Of a DNA stretch of 59,456 nucleotides, positions 34,282-44,155 are shown piece by piece; position 1 is the stretch's first letter, and every line of letters starts with the position of its first letter. The notes beneath the pieces were generated by a model, which saw only the letters and a list, made by a program, of their open reading frames with translations, ran no database searches and was not told where the DNA came from. Position numbers and translations under genes: made by a program. Origin of the DNA: Candidatus Iainarchaeum sp. (lineage in GTDB: Archaea; Iainarchaeota; Iainarchaeia; JAGGVJ01); contig JAGGVJ010000026.1 of NCBI GenBank assembly GCA_021158055.1, positions 1-59,456 of the forward strand. Reading direction: 5' to 3'.

Positions 34282-34647
34282 TTATCCCATTATCCTGACT
34301 CCTTTTCCGGAGGGGTTTTTTGAAACCAGTTCTTCAATCACCAGGGTTTTTCCACCTGCTGCGGCTATCTTTTCAATTGCGGTTTTTGAGAACATCGGTG
34401 CTGCCACTGTAACCTCATGGTCAATGTGACCGTGCCCGAGGACTTTTCCCGGAACAACCACAGTGTCTTTTTTGCTTGTGTATTTTGATATCTTGTCAAT
34501 GTTGACTTCAACCCTGTTTCTTCTGGGTGCTGATATCTTGTCGGCAACTGTTTTCCACACGGGTACCTTGTTTTCTTTGCTTTGTTTTTCAAGAAAGACA
34601 ATGGTGTCTTTCAGGACTGAATTTGTCGGTCCGGTTAGTTTACTCAT
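34282..34647 (-). CDS. rpl18e: 50S ribosomal protein L18e
   Basis: Family similarity (PTN..L...I..L...SKENKVPVWK.VA..ISAPRRNRVEVN) and the conserved position upstream of rpl13. Confidence 0.85.
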   Translation of the reverse strand: MSKLTGPTNSVLKDTIVFLEKQSKENKVPVWKTVADKISAPRRNRVEVNIDKISKYTSKKDTVVVPGKVLGHGHIDHEVTVAAPMFSKTAIEKIAAAGGKTLVIEELVSKNPSGKGVRIMG

Positions 34648-34749
34648 TTTTTATTCCTCCTACTTCGTGGTTTCCCTCGCAGGGTTTTCTTTTTAAACAT
34701 CTTTGCTGCTTTGTGCTTTTCAACAACGTAATTTTTTGAAAAATCCACA

Positions 34750-34866
34750 TGCGGGAGGCCGGATTCGAACCGGCGAAAGCACTACACTACTAGGCCCTCA
34801 ACCTAGCCCCTTTAACCCAAGGCAGTAAGGTTTACTGCGCTTGATTGGCCGCTTGGGAACCCCCGC
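34750..34866 (-). tRNA. tRNA-Leu (anticodon GAG) with ~32-nt insertion (non-canonical intron) in the D-loop
   Basis: Reverse complement: acceptor GCGGGGG/CCTCCCGC-A, anticodon arm CTAGG-TTGAGGG-CCTAG, long variable arm, T-arm GCCGG-TTCGAAT-CCGGC. The region between the acceptor and anticodon stems is 53 nt where about 20 is expected. Removing ~32 nt leaves CCC-AAGTGGGTTAAA-GGG. Confidence 0.75.
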
Positions 34867-35646
34867 TTATTTTTTTTCAAGCTTTTTTTGAAGTTCGTCT
34901 GCTTCTTCAGTCAGTATTGCTGTTGACTGCAAAAGCATATCTTTTGTTGCAATTGAACCGTGTGATTCTACTCTAACTATGAAATCCGAGTCGCTTTTGT
35001 TGATTCTGATAATACCTTCGCTTTTTTCAACGCATTCATTGCACAAGTCACACTTTTGCGGTTCCTTGAGTTCAATTCCTTTTGAACCCTCTGAAAGCAG
35101 GCCTTTGGGGCACGACTTTATGATCTCTCCTGCGTTTTCAATTTTTCCAAGTATTTCAAGTTCCGGAAACTGCGAGTATGCAACGATTCCAGGCGTCCAT
35201 TTTGCGTGTTCTTTTCCGCTTCCAAGAACTGCCCTGATTTCCATGCGCACTCTCTGGAATTCAGACTTGAGCTTGATTATTGGTATTGTTTCAAACGCAA
35301 CGCTTGCTTTGGGGTCGGAAAACCTTAAGTCGCTTGAGTAAACTGTTTTTGGCCCCTGTTGGTCAAGTTCTATTGTTATGCTGCACTTTCCGCATTTTCC
35401 GCCGCAGCATTTGTCCGGTTCCACAAGAGATTCCAAATCCCCTTTCAGGGGTATGAGCGCAAGCCTGTGCGCAAGGTACTCATCCTGCATTGCGGAAGTG
35501 TTTTCGTAAACGTCAACTTCTTCAATTGCAAGAGTTTTCACTTTGCTTAACGCGTTTCTTCTGATTGCGTTCAAAAAAGCTTCGTTTGAGCCCTTCAGGA
35601 CAAACTTAAGATTTTCGTTGTTTGATTCCAGTAGTTCAAGGTTCAT
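34867..35646 (-). CDS. rpoD: DNA-directed RNA polymerase subunit D (Rpo3) with Cys-rich (Fe-S type) domain
   Basis: FLNAIRRNALSKV and DEYLAHRLALIPL motifs. Cys clusters CCGGKCGKC and CPKG...CDLCNEC. Confidence 0.9.
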   Translation of the reverse strand: MNLELLESNNENLKFVLKGSNEAFLNAIRRNALSKVKTLAIEEVDVYENTSAMQDEYLAHRLALIPLKGDLESLVEPDKCCGGKCGKCSITIELDQQGPKTVYSSDLRFSDPKASVAFETIPIIKLKSEFQRVRMEIRAVLGSGKEHAKWTPGIVAYSQFPELEILGKIENAGEIIKSCPKGLLSEGSKGIELKEPQKCDLCNECVEKSEGIIRINKSDSDFIVRVESHGSIATKDMLLQSTAILTEEADELQKKLEKK

Positions 35647-35648
35647 GT

Positions 35649-36362
35649 TTACACCCTTCTTCCTCTTCTTCCGCCTTTTTTCTTGCAGCCGTCGTGTGGC
35701 ACCGGCGTGACGTCATCGATTCTTCCGATTCTCAAACCCGCTCTTGTCAGTGCACGAATTGACGCCTGTGCTCCCGGACCCGGGTTTCTTTGCCTTATTC
35801 CGCCTGTTGCGCGAACCATTATGTGGACTCCTTCAAAACCTCTTTCTTTCAGTTTTTCAGCGCAAAGCTGTGCTGCCTGCATTGCTGCGTATGGGGACGA
35901 TTCGTCTTTGCTGGTTTTCACTACTTGACCGCCTGACACAAGCGCAACTGTTTCTGCTCCCGTGAGATCTGTTACATGAATTATGGTGTTGTTTTTTGAA
36001 GCAAAAATGTGTGCAACACCCCATTTTGGCTTTTTTGACACTTTTCTTGCAACTGCTTCTTCTCCGGCAACATTTGTTTCAGGTGGTGCAACATTTGTTT
36101 CAGGTGGTATCGCCTGTTTTTCATCTGTTTTTGCTTCCTTTTCACCTGTCTTGACTTCTTTTTCACCTTCGTGTTTAGTTGTTGCTGTTTCTTTGGTTTC
36201 AGAAACGCTTGATGTTTTTTCTTTTTCAGGTGTTTTTGTTTCCGATTCGTCTTTCACTTCAGTTTTTTCCTCAACAGAGTCATCTTTCTTTTCAACAGTA
36301 TCTTCAACTGCTTTTTTTGCTTCAATGTCAGCGTCGCTGTTTTTGGTTTCTTCTTTTGGCAT
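35649..36362 (-). CDS. rps11: 30S ribosomal protein uS11 with ~110-aa acidic/Lys-rich N-terminal extension
   Basis: C-terminal 125 aa is canonical uS11 ([19 protein letters not shown]...[18 protein letters not shown]). The N-terminus is low complexity (E/K/T-rich and PPETNVA x2). Confidence 0.9.
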   Translation of the reverse strand: MPKEETKNSDADIEAKKAVEDTVEKKDDSVEEKTEVKDESETKTPEKEKTSSVSETKETATTKHEGEKEVKTGEKEAKTDEKQAIPPETNVAPPETNVAGEEAVARKVSKKPKWGVAHIFASKNNTIIHVTDLTGAETVALVSGGQVVKTSKDESSPYAAMQAAQLCAEKLKERGFEGVHIMVRATGGIRQRNPGPGAQASIRALTRAGLRIGRIDDVTPVPHDGCKKKGGRRGRRV

Positions 36363-37193
36363 TTACTCACCTGCCCCTTTAGTTACTGTTTCAGGCTTTT
36401 CTGCCGGTTTTGTTTCCTTCGGTTCCTCTTTCACTTCTTCCTTCACTTCCTCTTTGACCGCTTCCTTCGGCTCTTCCTTCACTTCCCCTTTAATCGCTTC
36501 CTTCGGCTCTTCCTTCACTTCCCCTTTGACCGCTTCCTTCGGTTCCTCTTTGACCGCTTCCTTCGGCTCTTCCTTCACTTCTTCCTTGACCTCTTCCTTC
36601 TTTGCTGTTTCTTTGCCTTCTTCTAATTTCTGAATCTTTTCAGCGTCCTTTTTTTCTCTCAAGTCAAGCCCTTCCAAGTTGTCGACCTCAATAAGATCGG
36701 ATTCTTCTCTTAAGTCCGGAACTCTTTTGTAGTACTCAATTTTTTCTGTTTCACCAGTGGTTACAACATAACTTGGCGAGGTTATTTTTCTTCCGTTCAC
36801 GGCAATGTTTCCGTGGATAATAAACTGCCTTGCCTGTTTCTGCGTGTTTGCCATGCCTCTTTTGTAAACCACTGTCTGAAGCCTTCTTTCAAGAAAGTCC
36901 TCTACTTTCAGGCCGAGAATATCATCAAGGGTTGCTCCTTCTTTTAGAATGTTCAGTCTTTTGAGCTTTTCAATTATTTCCTTTGATTCTTTCATGCCCT
37001 GATCAGTGTGCAACGCAAGAAGCCTTCTTGCCTGCTGCCTGTAGTTCCTGAGAGTGGTGTGTGCTTTCCAGATTTCTCTCTTGCTCTTAAGGCCGTATGC
37101 TGACTTAATTTCACTTTCCATTTTCAGCCTCACGCTGTCATACGGTTTTTTTGGAGTTTCATAAAGTTTCCTGCTAAATTGTGGACTTCCCAT
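36363..37193 (-). CDS. rps4: 30S ribosomal protein uS4 with ~100-aa KE-rich repeat C-terminal extension
   Basis: N-terminal ~175 aa is canonical archaeal uS4 (S4 domain RRLQTVVYKRGMANT..QARQFIIHGNIAVNG). The C-terminus consists of (KEEPKEAVKGEV)n repeats. Confidence 0.9.
   Translation of the reverse strand: MGSPQFSRKLYETPKKPYDSVRLKMESEIKSAYGLKSKREIWKAHTTLRNYRQQARRLLALHTDQGMKESKEIIEKLKRLNILKEGATLDDILGLKVEDFLERRLQTVVYKRGMANTQKQARQFIIHGNIAVNGRKITSPSYVVTTGETEKIEYYKRVPDLREESDLIEVDNLEGLDLREKKDAEKIQKLEEGKETAKKEEVKEEVKEEPKEAVKEEPKEAVKGEVKEEPKEAIKGEVKEEPKEAVKEEVKEEVKEEPKETKPAEKPETVTKGAGE
36415..36600. repeat. 36/24-bp in-frame tandem repeats inside rps4
   Basis: The unit CTTCCTTCGG... recurs at 36461, 36497 and 36533 (36-bp spacing) and at 36557 (24-bp spacing). 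It encodes the KEEPKEAVK(G/E)EV repeat. Confidence 0.8.
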
Positions 37194-37211
37194 TAAAAAT
37201 CACCTGATAAG

Positions 37212-37676
37212 TTATTTTTTCTTCCTCTTAACGCCCAGAGTAGTTCCTTTCCTGTGAGTGCTTCTGGTTCTTTGACCGCGCACAGGGAGGTTTCTTTCAT
37301 GCCTTATTCCCCTGTAAGCCCTGATTCCACGCAGTCTGCTGACGTCTTCCATTTTTGAAAACTGCAGGTCTGCCTCGGTCAAGTGGTTGTCTTTCCCATC
37401 TGCAAGGTCTTTTCTTCGGTTTGCCGCAAATGACGGCACTCCGAATTCAATCGGCTTTTTGATAATTTGCTCTATTTTCTCAATTTCTGAATCGCTAAGC
37501 AGACCAATCTTTGTGCCTGGCTTGATTGCAAACTTTTCTTCAGCGCACATTGCTATCGCTCTTGACATCTGCTGGCCGATCCCTTTTATCTCGCTTAAAC
37601 CCAGCATAATGGTTTTTTCACCGTTTATGTCTTTTCCTCCGACTCGAACTACTGATAAAACTTCATCTTTGGTCAT
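37212..37676 (-). CDS. rps13: 30S ribosomal protein uS13
   Basis: IKGIGQQMSRAI, RGIRHERNLPVRGQRTRS motifs. Confidence 0.9.
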   Translation of the reverse strand: MTKDEVLSVVRVGGKDINGEKTIMLGLSEIKGIGQQMSRAIAMCAEEKFAIKPGTKIGLLSDSEIEKIEQIIKKPIEFGVPSFAANRRKDLADGKDNHLTEADLQFSKMEDVSRLRGIRAYRGIRHERNLPVRGQRTRSTHRKGTTLGVKRKKK

Positions 37677-37734
37677 TTATTCACCTTTAGCTAATCAAAC
37701 AATATTATCGCATTTATCACGTAAAATCATAACA

Positions 37735-37834
37735 CGTCGGGGCTGGGATTCGAACCCAGGTAGGCCAGTGGCCTACTAGCTCCCCAGTAACTAAAATTCC
37801 AGGCTAGCGCGTTAGTCCGCTCTGCCACCCCGAC
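37735..37834 (-). tRNA. tRNA-Ser (anticodon GGA) with 15-nt canonical 37/38 intron
   Basis: Reverse complement: acceptor GTCGGGG/CCCCGAC-G, anticodon stem CTAGC/GCTAG enclosing CTGGAA-[TTTTAGTTACTGGGG]-A, long variable arm TAGGCCACTGGCCTAC, T-arm CTGGG-TTCGAAT-CCCAG. Confidence 0.85.
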
Positions 37835-37988
37835 TCCAAATAAGCCCGGCACCGTTACATTATCCAAATTATTTAAAATTATTTAAAAACAAAGCGTTAC
37901 ATAAATAAAGCAATATAACTGTTGATTTTTATTTATAAATACTTTTCACTATTTTCCGTTTTTTTGCCTTGTTTTGCTCTTTTTTTCA

Positions 37989-38990
37989 CTATTTTTTGCC
38001 TCCGCCCCATAAACGCGGGTATGTTCCAACTTTCATTATAACCTTTTTTGTTTCAATCACTGGTCCTTTTGCAGCTTCAGCCATTTTTTTCGAGTTCAGC
38101 ACGGCTTTCCCTATTGCAACAAGCTCGTTTTTTTCAGTGACTACTGCAACGCTTCTTTCCGGTTCAAGGTCATCTGTAATTTTGATTAGCCCGGGTGCCA
38201 TAAGGTCTGCCCCGTGGCAAAGCGCATCAACTGCGGAATCACGGACCCACGCTTTCGGCATGTTCAAAACCGCATGTTCAGCGCTCAAAAGCACTTTCCT
38301 AAGCAAAGTTTCGTCTCCTTTTTCGTCAAAAACCACTTTTGCGTCCATGAGCTCCTGCATTGACACAATGTTTTTTTCACTGAAAGAGCCTGTTTTTGTT
38401 CTTCGAAGCTCGCGCATGTGAGCCCCGCACCCAAGCGCCTCACCCATGTCAACACAAAGGTTTCGAATGTATGTGCCTGCCTCGCATGACACTTTGAAAA
38501 GCACAAGCCTTTCTTGTTTTTCAATGATCTCAATGCTGTATATCTTTCTTATGCGAAGAACTCTCCTGACTGCTGATTTAACAGGCGGCCTCTGGTAAAT
38601 TCTCCCCGTAAACTCATCTGCAACTAATTTTATGTCTTTGAGCTGTGCATTGTCCGAGTGCAGCTGCATTACACAGACGTATTCTTTTGGAGAGCCACTC
38701 AACAGGTCCATGACTCTTGCGCCTTTGTTTACTCCCATCGGAAGCACGCCTGTGACGCGGGGGTCAAGTGTTCCGCCGTGGCCGACTTTTTTCACGCCAA
38801 GTATCTTTTTTACCCATGATGATACTTCGTGGGATGACGGTCCAGGCGGCTTGTCAATGTTTATGACGCTGCATTCGAAAAGCTCTTTTATCGGCTTTTG
38901 CAATTCACTGCCGTTGCTCTTGCCTGGCAAAAAATCATTGTCTTTTGCAGAGACAATTGCTGGTTTTTTTGACTGCGGCAGAACTTCCAC
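37989..38990 (-). CDS. cbf5: H/ACA RNP pseudouridine synthase Cbf5 (TruB family + PUA domain)
   Basis: GHGGTLDPRVTGVLP catalytic motif and a C-terminal PUA-like region. Confidence 0.9.
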   Translation of the reverse strand: MEVLPQSKKPAIVSAKDNDFLPGKSNGSELQKPIKELFECSVINIDKPPGPSSHEVSSWVKKILGVKKVGHGGTLDPRVTGVLPMGVNKGARVMDLLSGSPKEYVCVMQLHSDNAQLKDIKLVADEFTGRIYQRPPVKSAVRRVLRIRKIYSIEIIEKQERLVLFKVSCEAGTYIRNLCVDMGEALGCGAHMRELRRTKTGSFSEKNIVSMQELMDAKVVFDEKGDETLLRKVLLSAEHAVLNMPKAWVRDSAVDALCHGADLMAPGLIKITDDLEPERSVAVVTEKNELVAIGKAVLNSKKMAEAAKGPVIETKKVIMKVGTYPRLWGGGKK

Positions 38991-38991
38991 C

Positions 38992-39213
38992 TCAGTTTAT
39001 TTTTTCAACTATCTGTTCCGGCGTGTTTAATTCTGAAACGTCTATTTTTTGGTTTGTGGGCTCCAGGTGAGAAATGTTACATTTTCTTTTTTTCACGTTT
39101 TTGCCTACAATCGTGACATTTTTTGAATCATCTACACTTACTACAACGCATTTTTCACCTGCTTCTCTTCCAACAGTCTTTATGCAAACGCGCCCTGTTT
39201 CAATTACTGCCAT
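38992..39213 (-). CDS. rpl14e: 50S ribosomal protein eL14
   Basis: IETGRVCIKTVGREAGEKCVVV KOW-like motif and KRKCNISHLEPT. Confidence 0.85.
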   Translation of the reverse strand: MAVIETGRVCIKTVGREAGEKCVVVSVDDSKNVTIVGKNVKKRKCNISHLEPTNQKIDVSELNTPEQIVEKIN

Positions 39214-39322
39214 AATACTTCACCTTTGTCATTAATTTGAAAATTTATTTCTTTGTCATTAATTTGAAAACTTACTGCCCTGTTAAATTTATTCCTGCTG
39301 ATGACTTATTCCTGCTGTCGAT

Positions 39323-39853
39323 TTACTCCTGTCCTGCAAGGAGTTTTGCTGCAGAAACAATTATCCCGCTTACTTGTTCCGCGCTCCATTTTTGCGTGTT
39401 TATCACAAGGTCATAGTGGGAGAATTCCCAAAAATCAACCCCGTAAATTTCCTGAATCCTTTCCTTGAAAACGGTGTCGCGGTTAGTGATGTATTCAACG
39501 CTTTTCTCTATTGCAACGCCATCTCTCTTGCTTACGCGTTTTGCGCGTTCTTCAAGGGGAGCATGCAAAAACACTTTCAAGTCCGCCTCCGGAACATTTA
39601 TCCCTGAAAGCATTGATACAAGCACGCAGTTTCCTTTTGATGCTTCTTTTTTTTGCCATTCGTCAAGCATTTTATCCCATTCGTCTGAGTTTGAAGCGTG
39701 CTTTTTTTCAAACTCCAGGACATCGTCAAAGCCGTTTTCCTTGGCCAGTGTTTTCATCGTGGATTTCAAAAGCTTAAGATTCATCTTTTCAGATACTATT
39801 TCTGCTGCGGAGTCTTTTCCGGAGCAGGCGTTGCCTGAAATCGTGACGATCAT
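39323..39853 (-). CDS. cmk: cytidylate kinase (archaeal type)
   Basis: MIVTISGNACSGKDS P-loop. Conserved position between rpl14e and rpl34e. Confidence 0.75.
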   Translation of the reverse strand: MIVTISGNACSGKDSAAEIVSEKMNLKLLKSTMKTLAKENGFDDVLEFEKKHASNSDEWDKMLDEWQKKEASKGNCVLVSMLSGINVPEADLKVFLHAPLEERAKRVSKRDGVAIEKSVEYITNRDTVFKERIQEIYGVDFWEFSHYDLVINTQKWSAEQVSGIIVSAAKLLAGQE

Positions 39854-39905
39854 TTTACCACCGCTTCAACATATCCACTTTATCTTGCTGTCCAGCATAT
39901 CCAGT

Positions 39906-40244
39906 TTATTTTACCGCTGCTTTAACGTATTTCCTCTGCGATATTGAAACCTCATCAATTGAAAGCGTTTCGCTTTTTACCATAGCTGCTTTTTCCATGA
40001 CTGTTTTAGAGCATTTTGCGCAGAGTTCTCCTGCGAATTTTCTTTCAGGCCTTTTCTGCGTTTTTGAAAGTTTTGCAACTTCGCTTGGTCTTTTTCCGTG
40101 CGGAACCCCGCTCAGTTTGCCTTTGCATAACGCGCAGTGATGCGAGGATGGTTTTTTTGCCTTGTATTTTACTTTTGTATTTCCACCCGGAACTTTTACG
40201 AATATTTTTTTCTTTGAACCTGATCTGTTTTTGGGCTCTGTCAT
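39906..40244 (-). CDS. rpl34e: 50S ribosomal protein eL34
   Basis: Zinc-ribbon CALCKGKL...CAKC and basic composition typical of eL34. Confidence 0.85.
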   Translation of the reverse strand: MTEPKNRSGSKKKIFVKVPGGNTKVKYKAKKPSSHHCALCKGKLSGVPHGKRPSEVAKLSKTQKRPERKFAGELCAKCSKTVMEKAAMVKSETLSIDEVSISQRKYVKAAVK

Positions 40245-40975
40245 TTTTTCACCCCGAATTTAATATTTGCTGTCAGTTTGTTTCCGGTAATTCCAAAAAT
40301 AAACCCTACAAGGATATACAATGGAAGCCAGCCGAACTCAAACCCGACAAGCGGAAACGAAAACGGCAACCGAAGCATCAGAGTTTCAGCTCCTACGTTT
40401 GCTTTTGGGTCGCTGTTTTGTGTTATTGATTTTACCAGTACTCTTGTGTTAAACACGTCTTTTGATTCATTGACTGCCAACGCAAATGATTGCGTTTCAT
40501 TGCCTTGAACTGCTTCAAGCATTACTCTGGTTGGTACCTGTTCTTCTTGCTCTGCTTTTCCTTCTTCTTTCACAAAGTCAACGGCTCTTATTGTGACGTC
40601 TCCCAAGGAAAGGGTTTGTCCTGCCTGAAGGTCTGCAAACGGGTGGTACATTGAACCCATGAACATGAAAAGGGGAAAAATTGCAATGAGTATCACTATC
40701 ATGTAGCTCATTGAGCCCTTCATTACTTCCGCAAATTCCCTCATTATCTCCTGTTGCGCTTTTTCCATTTCACTTATTTTTGCCTTGTCTTTTGACTTGA
40801 GGGCAGCATCCATTTCTTTCTGGTGGTTGCGTGATTTTTCCTGCATTGCCTTCATTCTTTCCTGGTCAACAAATTTTTTGTTCAAAAGAATGGAAACAAT
40901 CGTTACAGCTATTGCTATTGCACTAACCATGTAAAACGCATTGTAATTCAAGACCTCAATTCCGAAAAAAGTCAT
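40241..40975 (-). CDS. DUF106/EMC3-type membrane protein (archaeal YidC-like insertase candidate)
   Basis: TM helix, then coiled-coil (MKAMQEKSRNHQKEMDAALKSKDKAKISEMEKAQQEIMREF), then TM helices. Conserved adk-DUF106-rpl34e context. Confidence 0.7.
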   Translation of the reverse strand: MTFFGIEVLNYNAFYMVSAIAIAVTIVSILLNKKFVDQERMKAMQEKSRNHQKEMDAALKSKDKAKISEMEKAQQEIMREFAEVMKGSMSYMIVILIAIFPLFMFMGSMYHPFADLQAGQTLSLGDVTIRAVDFVKEEGKAEQEEQVPTRVMLEAVQGNETQSFALAVNESKDVFNTRVLVKSITQNSDPKANVGAETLMLRLPFSFPLVGFEFGWLPLYILVGFIFGITGNKLTANIKFGVKK

Positions 40976-41547
40976 TTCAACACCTCTTTGAACTCCCGCA
41001 CTGCGGATTCAAGTTCTCCGTCACCGTTTTTGATGATCTTTATTCTTGCCCCGCTCAGTACAGAACACACCGACGCGTACATCCTGTTGAATTCCTGGTG
41101 CTCTTTTACGTTTGTTTCAAAGGAATATCCTCTTTTGCGGCTTTTGTCTGCATTCCTTCTCGCAGTTATCTCTTCCGGAGTGGCTTCTATTATCACAATC
41201 AAGTTGGGTGTCAGGCGGTCAATTATCCACTGGGGAAATCCTGGGTAAAAGCCGGTAGGTGTCATCAGGGACAAGTGTGTGTCGACGATTATTCGCCCTT
41301 TTTCCTGCGCAAGTTTTTCAGCGGTTTTTTTCTGGTAAACAATATAGTCATCCTGAGACACTTTTGCCCGTATCTCGTCGCGGTTTTCAATCAAGCCGTC
41401 TGCTTTGAGCAATTCTGCAATCACTGTTCCAAAAGTCACTATCTTTATGTCCGTATCTTCTGTTGCTTTTTCTGCAACAGTTGACTTTCCGCTTCCGGAA
41501 ACTCCGGAAAGTATTATTACCTCATTTACTTTGCCTGGTTCGCTCAT
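40972..41547 (-). CDS. adkA: adenylate kinase (archaeal AdkA type)
   Basis: IILSGVSGSGKST P-loop, downstream of secY. Confidence 0.85.
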   Translation of the reverse strand: MSEPGKVNEVIILSGVSGSGKSTVAEKATEDTDIKIVTFGTVIAELLKADGLIENRDEIRAKVSQDDYIVYQKKTAEKLAQEKGRIIVDTHLSLMTPTGFYPGFPQWIIDRLTPNLIVIIEATPEEITARRNADKSRKRGYSFETNVKEHQEFNRMYASVCSVLSGARIKIIKNGDGELESAVREFKEVLK

Positions 41548-42992
41548 TTTTTGCCCCCACCCATGAATTTCGCAATCAACGGGTGTGATTCAGTCAGCTG
41601 TTCCTGCGCAATCTCTTCGTAAAGCCTGTACACGATTCCAACTGTAAGAAGTATCCCTGTCCCGGTTCCAAGTGCACCTGTAAGGTCTGCAAACGCTGCC
41701 AAAAGCCCGACAAATGCAGAACCAAGAATGGTGATTTGCGGGATGTACTTGTTCAACACTCGTTCAATGACTCTGGGATCGCGCCTGAAACCGGGTATCT
41801 GCAGTCCGGCTCCCTGTATTTGCTGCGCGACGTTTCGGGATCCCTGCCCGGCCATTTCTATCCACAGCCTTCCAAAAACCATGCATGTAAAAATCATGAT
41901 AAGGGCATAAACGATTATGTGAAGTATCATGTCCGGCCTGCTCAAAAGCATCACAACGTCAGTCGGGGTGCCAAGCGCGCCGTATGGTGCAGACACATAG
42001 TATGCGAGGCCTCCGATGGCTTGTCCGCCTGAATTAAAAACCCCGAAAATCTGGGTAATCAGATTTACTTCTTTTCCTGCAAAATCCCATATAAGGTGAC
42101 CCCAAAGCATCACGTTCGCAAACAACGCGCTTGCAAGGATAACCGGAATGTTTGAGACATAAAGGAACTTGAGCGGGTATCTCCCCCCAAACCCCCTTGC
42201 TCTCACAGTTGTTATGGGAACGTCAACGTGCATTCCTTCCGCGTAAACAACCATGAGGAAGACGATTATCATGAAAAATATCGGCAACAGTGAAACAAAT
42301 ACGGGCGTGCCCTGTATCAACTGCAGTATAAAGTTCGGGAGCAACCCTGCAACTTCGCCTTCCACTCCTGTCCCAAAGAAACTGAATGTCCGCACTGCAA
42401 CAGCACCCATCACCCCCCCTGCAATGAATATTGATATTCCTGAACCCATTCCGTATTTTGAGACCACTTCATCCAGATACATTAAGAGAATTGAACCAAA
42501 GGCGATTTGAAGTGCTAAAAATATACTGAAAGGCATGAAACCCAAAAACAACCCTTCAATAGGTGAAATAAACCCTGTCATGACATAGATTGCCGCTTCA
42601 AAAAAACTGAGTAATATTGCAAGGATTTTTTGCCACCCCATGAAAATAGCTTTGTCCGCGGGATTGCTTAAGTCAACTTTGATTATTTCAGAACCCACAA
42701 GCAACTGCAGAAAAATTGATGCAAGAACGATTGGTCCGATACCTACTGTAACCAATGTGCCGATTTTTGAAGCAAGTATTAACTGGAGCTGTGCAAAGCT
42801 TTGCTCGCTTGATGAACTCATCCCGACAAGAGCAATTTCCCCCATTACAAAGAAAATGACAAGTGCAAGAAGTGTCCACATTATTCTTTTCTTGAATACC
42901 GGCTTTGTTTTCGGGGACCTGACTTCTGGCAAAACATTTATGACACTTTGAATTGCCGCGCCAAAAATCGATCCCAAAGCATTTAGACTCAT
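41544..42992 (-). CDS. secY: preprotein translocase subunit SecY
   Basis: 482-aa, 10-TM protein in the canonical position after rpl15. Confidence 0.9.
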   Translation of the reverse strand: MSLNALGSIFGAAIQSVINVLPEVRSPKTKPVFKKRIMWTLLALVIFFVMGEIALVGMSSSSEQSFAQLQLILASKIGTLVTVGIGPIVLASIFLQLLVGSEIIKVDLSNPADKAIFMGWQKILAILLSFFEAAIYVMTGFISPIEGLFLGFMPFSIFLALQIAFGSILLMYLDEVVSKYGMGSGISIFIAGGVMGAVAVRTFSFFGTGVEGEVAGLLPNFILQLIQGTPVFVSLLPIFFMIIVFLMVVYAEGMHVDVPITTVRARGFGGRYPLKFLYVSNIPVILASALFANVMLWGHLIWDFAGKEVNLITQIFGVFNSGGQAIGGLAYYVSAPYGALGTPTDVVMLLSRPDMILHIIVYALIMIFTCMVFGRLWIEMAGQGSRNVAQQIQGAGLQIPGFRRDPRVIERVLNKYIPQITILGSAFVGLLAAFADLTGALGTGTGILLTVGIVYRLYEEIAQEQLTESHPLIAKFMGGGKK

Positions 42993-43036
42993 TAACTATT
43001 CCACCTTTAATGTTTTTTCAAAAGCAGCTTTAACAT

Positions 43037-43084
43037 ATTTACATCAATTAATATTTACATCAGTTGATATCTGCATCAATTACA
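43037..43084. repeat. 3 x 16-bp tandem repeat in the rpl15-secY intergenic region
   Basis: ATTTACATCAATTAAT / ATTTACATCAGTTGAT / ATCTGCATCAATTACA, located 45-90 bp upstream of the secY start. Confidence 0.6.
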
Positions 43085-43117
43085 ATAATAATAAATGCAT
43101 TTATAAAATTACTGGAT

Positions 43118-43597
43118 TTATGCTTTTTCCTGTGCAAGAGGCTTTTCCAAAGGCGCCTTGTTTTCAGATTCTCTAACAACTTGGCCTTTCGCCGAAATTA
43201 TTTTTTCAGCTGCTTTTTTTGAAACATTTTCGCTTATAAGTTTGATTTTGTTGACAACTCTTCCTGAACCAAGCACTTTTCCGATTCCAAGGGCGTTTGC
43301 GTCAACCACAAAAAATCCATCTGCCTGCACAGCTTTTCCTGCTTCGACCAGTTTGTTCACTGACTGGTCTATTGTGCCTATGTTTATTGTTTTAAGGCCA
43401 GCTGTCATTTTGCTTTGGTGCTTTTTTGAGAAATGATCTTTTTCGTGTTTTATAAAGTAAGTAAACTTGTGCTTGTGGCTTCCGGCGTTACCGCGCCCCC
43501 CGTGGCAACCCGCACCCCTGTGATGCTTTGTGTCCCCTTTTCCACACAGCCTGCTTCCGCGCTGTTTTCTTATTTTTCTGTTAGTTCTGACAACCAT
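43118..43597 (-). CDS. rpl15: 50S ribosomal protein uL15
   Basis: RKQRGSR..G.G..KHHRGAG.HGGRGNAG motif. Confidence 0.9.
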   Translation of the reverse strand: MVVRTNRKIRKQRGSRLCGKGDTKHHRGAGCHGGRGNAGSHKHKFTYFIKHEKDHFSKKHQSKMTAGLKTINIGTIDQSVNKLVEAGKAVQADGFFVVDANALGIGKVLGSGRVVNKIKLISENVSKKAAEKIISAKGQVVRESENKAPLEKPLAQEKA

Positions 43598-43676
43598 TTC
43601 TTCACCGACATAAATCCATAATAAATTAACAATTATTCATAACAAATTAAAAATCAGTTTTTAACTGATGCAAATA

Positions 43677-44132
43677 TTAAATCATTTTCAAGATAATTTC
43701 GTTTATTTTTTCGTTCCTGTTTCCAAGTGCCCCGCCGGTCACAAATGGTTTTTTCGTTGATTTGTATCCTTTTTTCGGCGGGCTAAGCCGGAAAACTCTT
43801 TTTATTTTGAATTCTTTGAAATTTTTTCCTTCAAGAACCTGTTTTGCAATTTCGTTTATTTTCGGAAGCTTTTGCTTTTCAAGCTCTTTTTCAGTTACTT
43901 TGGCGTCTCCGGAAAATTTGCCTCTTTTTTCAATGAGCCTGATAAGAGTTGCTTCGTCAATGGCTCCCCATGTGATGTAATCTTTTGCTTTTTGGATCAT
44001 GCCTTTGTTTTCGCTTGTGTCCTCAATAAGCACGCAGTGATTTATTCTTGTCAGGTTCATCAGTTTCATGGTGTCCACTATGTTTTTTCTGACTTTGACG
44101 TTTCCTCTTACTTTGATTACTGCTAGTTTCAT
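43677..44132 (-). CDS. rpl30: 50S ribosomal protein uL30
   Basis: LAVIKVRGNVKVRKNIVDTMKLMNL motif. Confidence 0.9.
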   Translation of the reverse strand: MKLAVIKVRGNVKVRKNIVDTMKLMNLTRINHCVLIEDTSENKGMIQKAKDYITWGAIDEATLIRLIEKRGKFSGDAKVTEKELEKQKLPKINEIAKQVLEGKNFKEFKIKRVFRLSPPKKGYKSTKKPFVTGGALGNRNEKINEIILKMI

Positions 44133-44155
44133 GAAATCACGCTTTGTTCTTTTTT

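Noticed and set aside
35983-36633. 216-aa plus-strand ORF (and similar ORFs at 50415-50747 and 50975-51484)
   Set aside because: These are antisense shadows of the low-complexity Lys/Glu-rich tails of rps11/rps4, rpl29 and rps3. Their S/F/T-rich composition is the mirror of the K/E codons.
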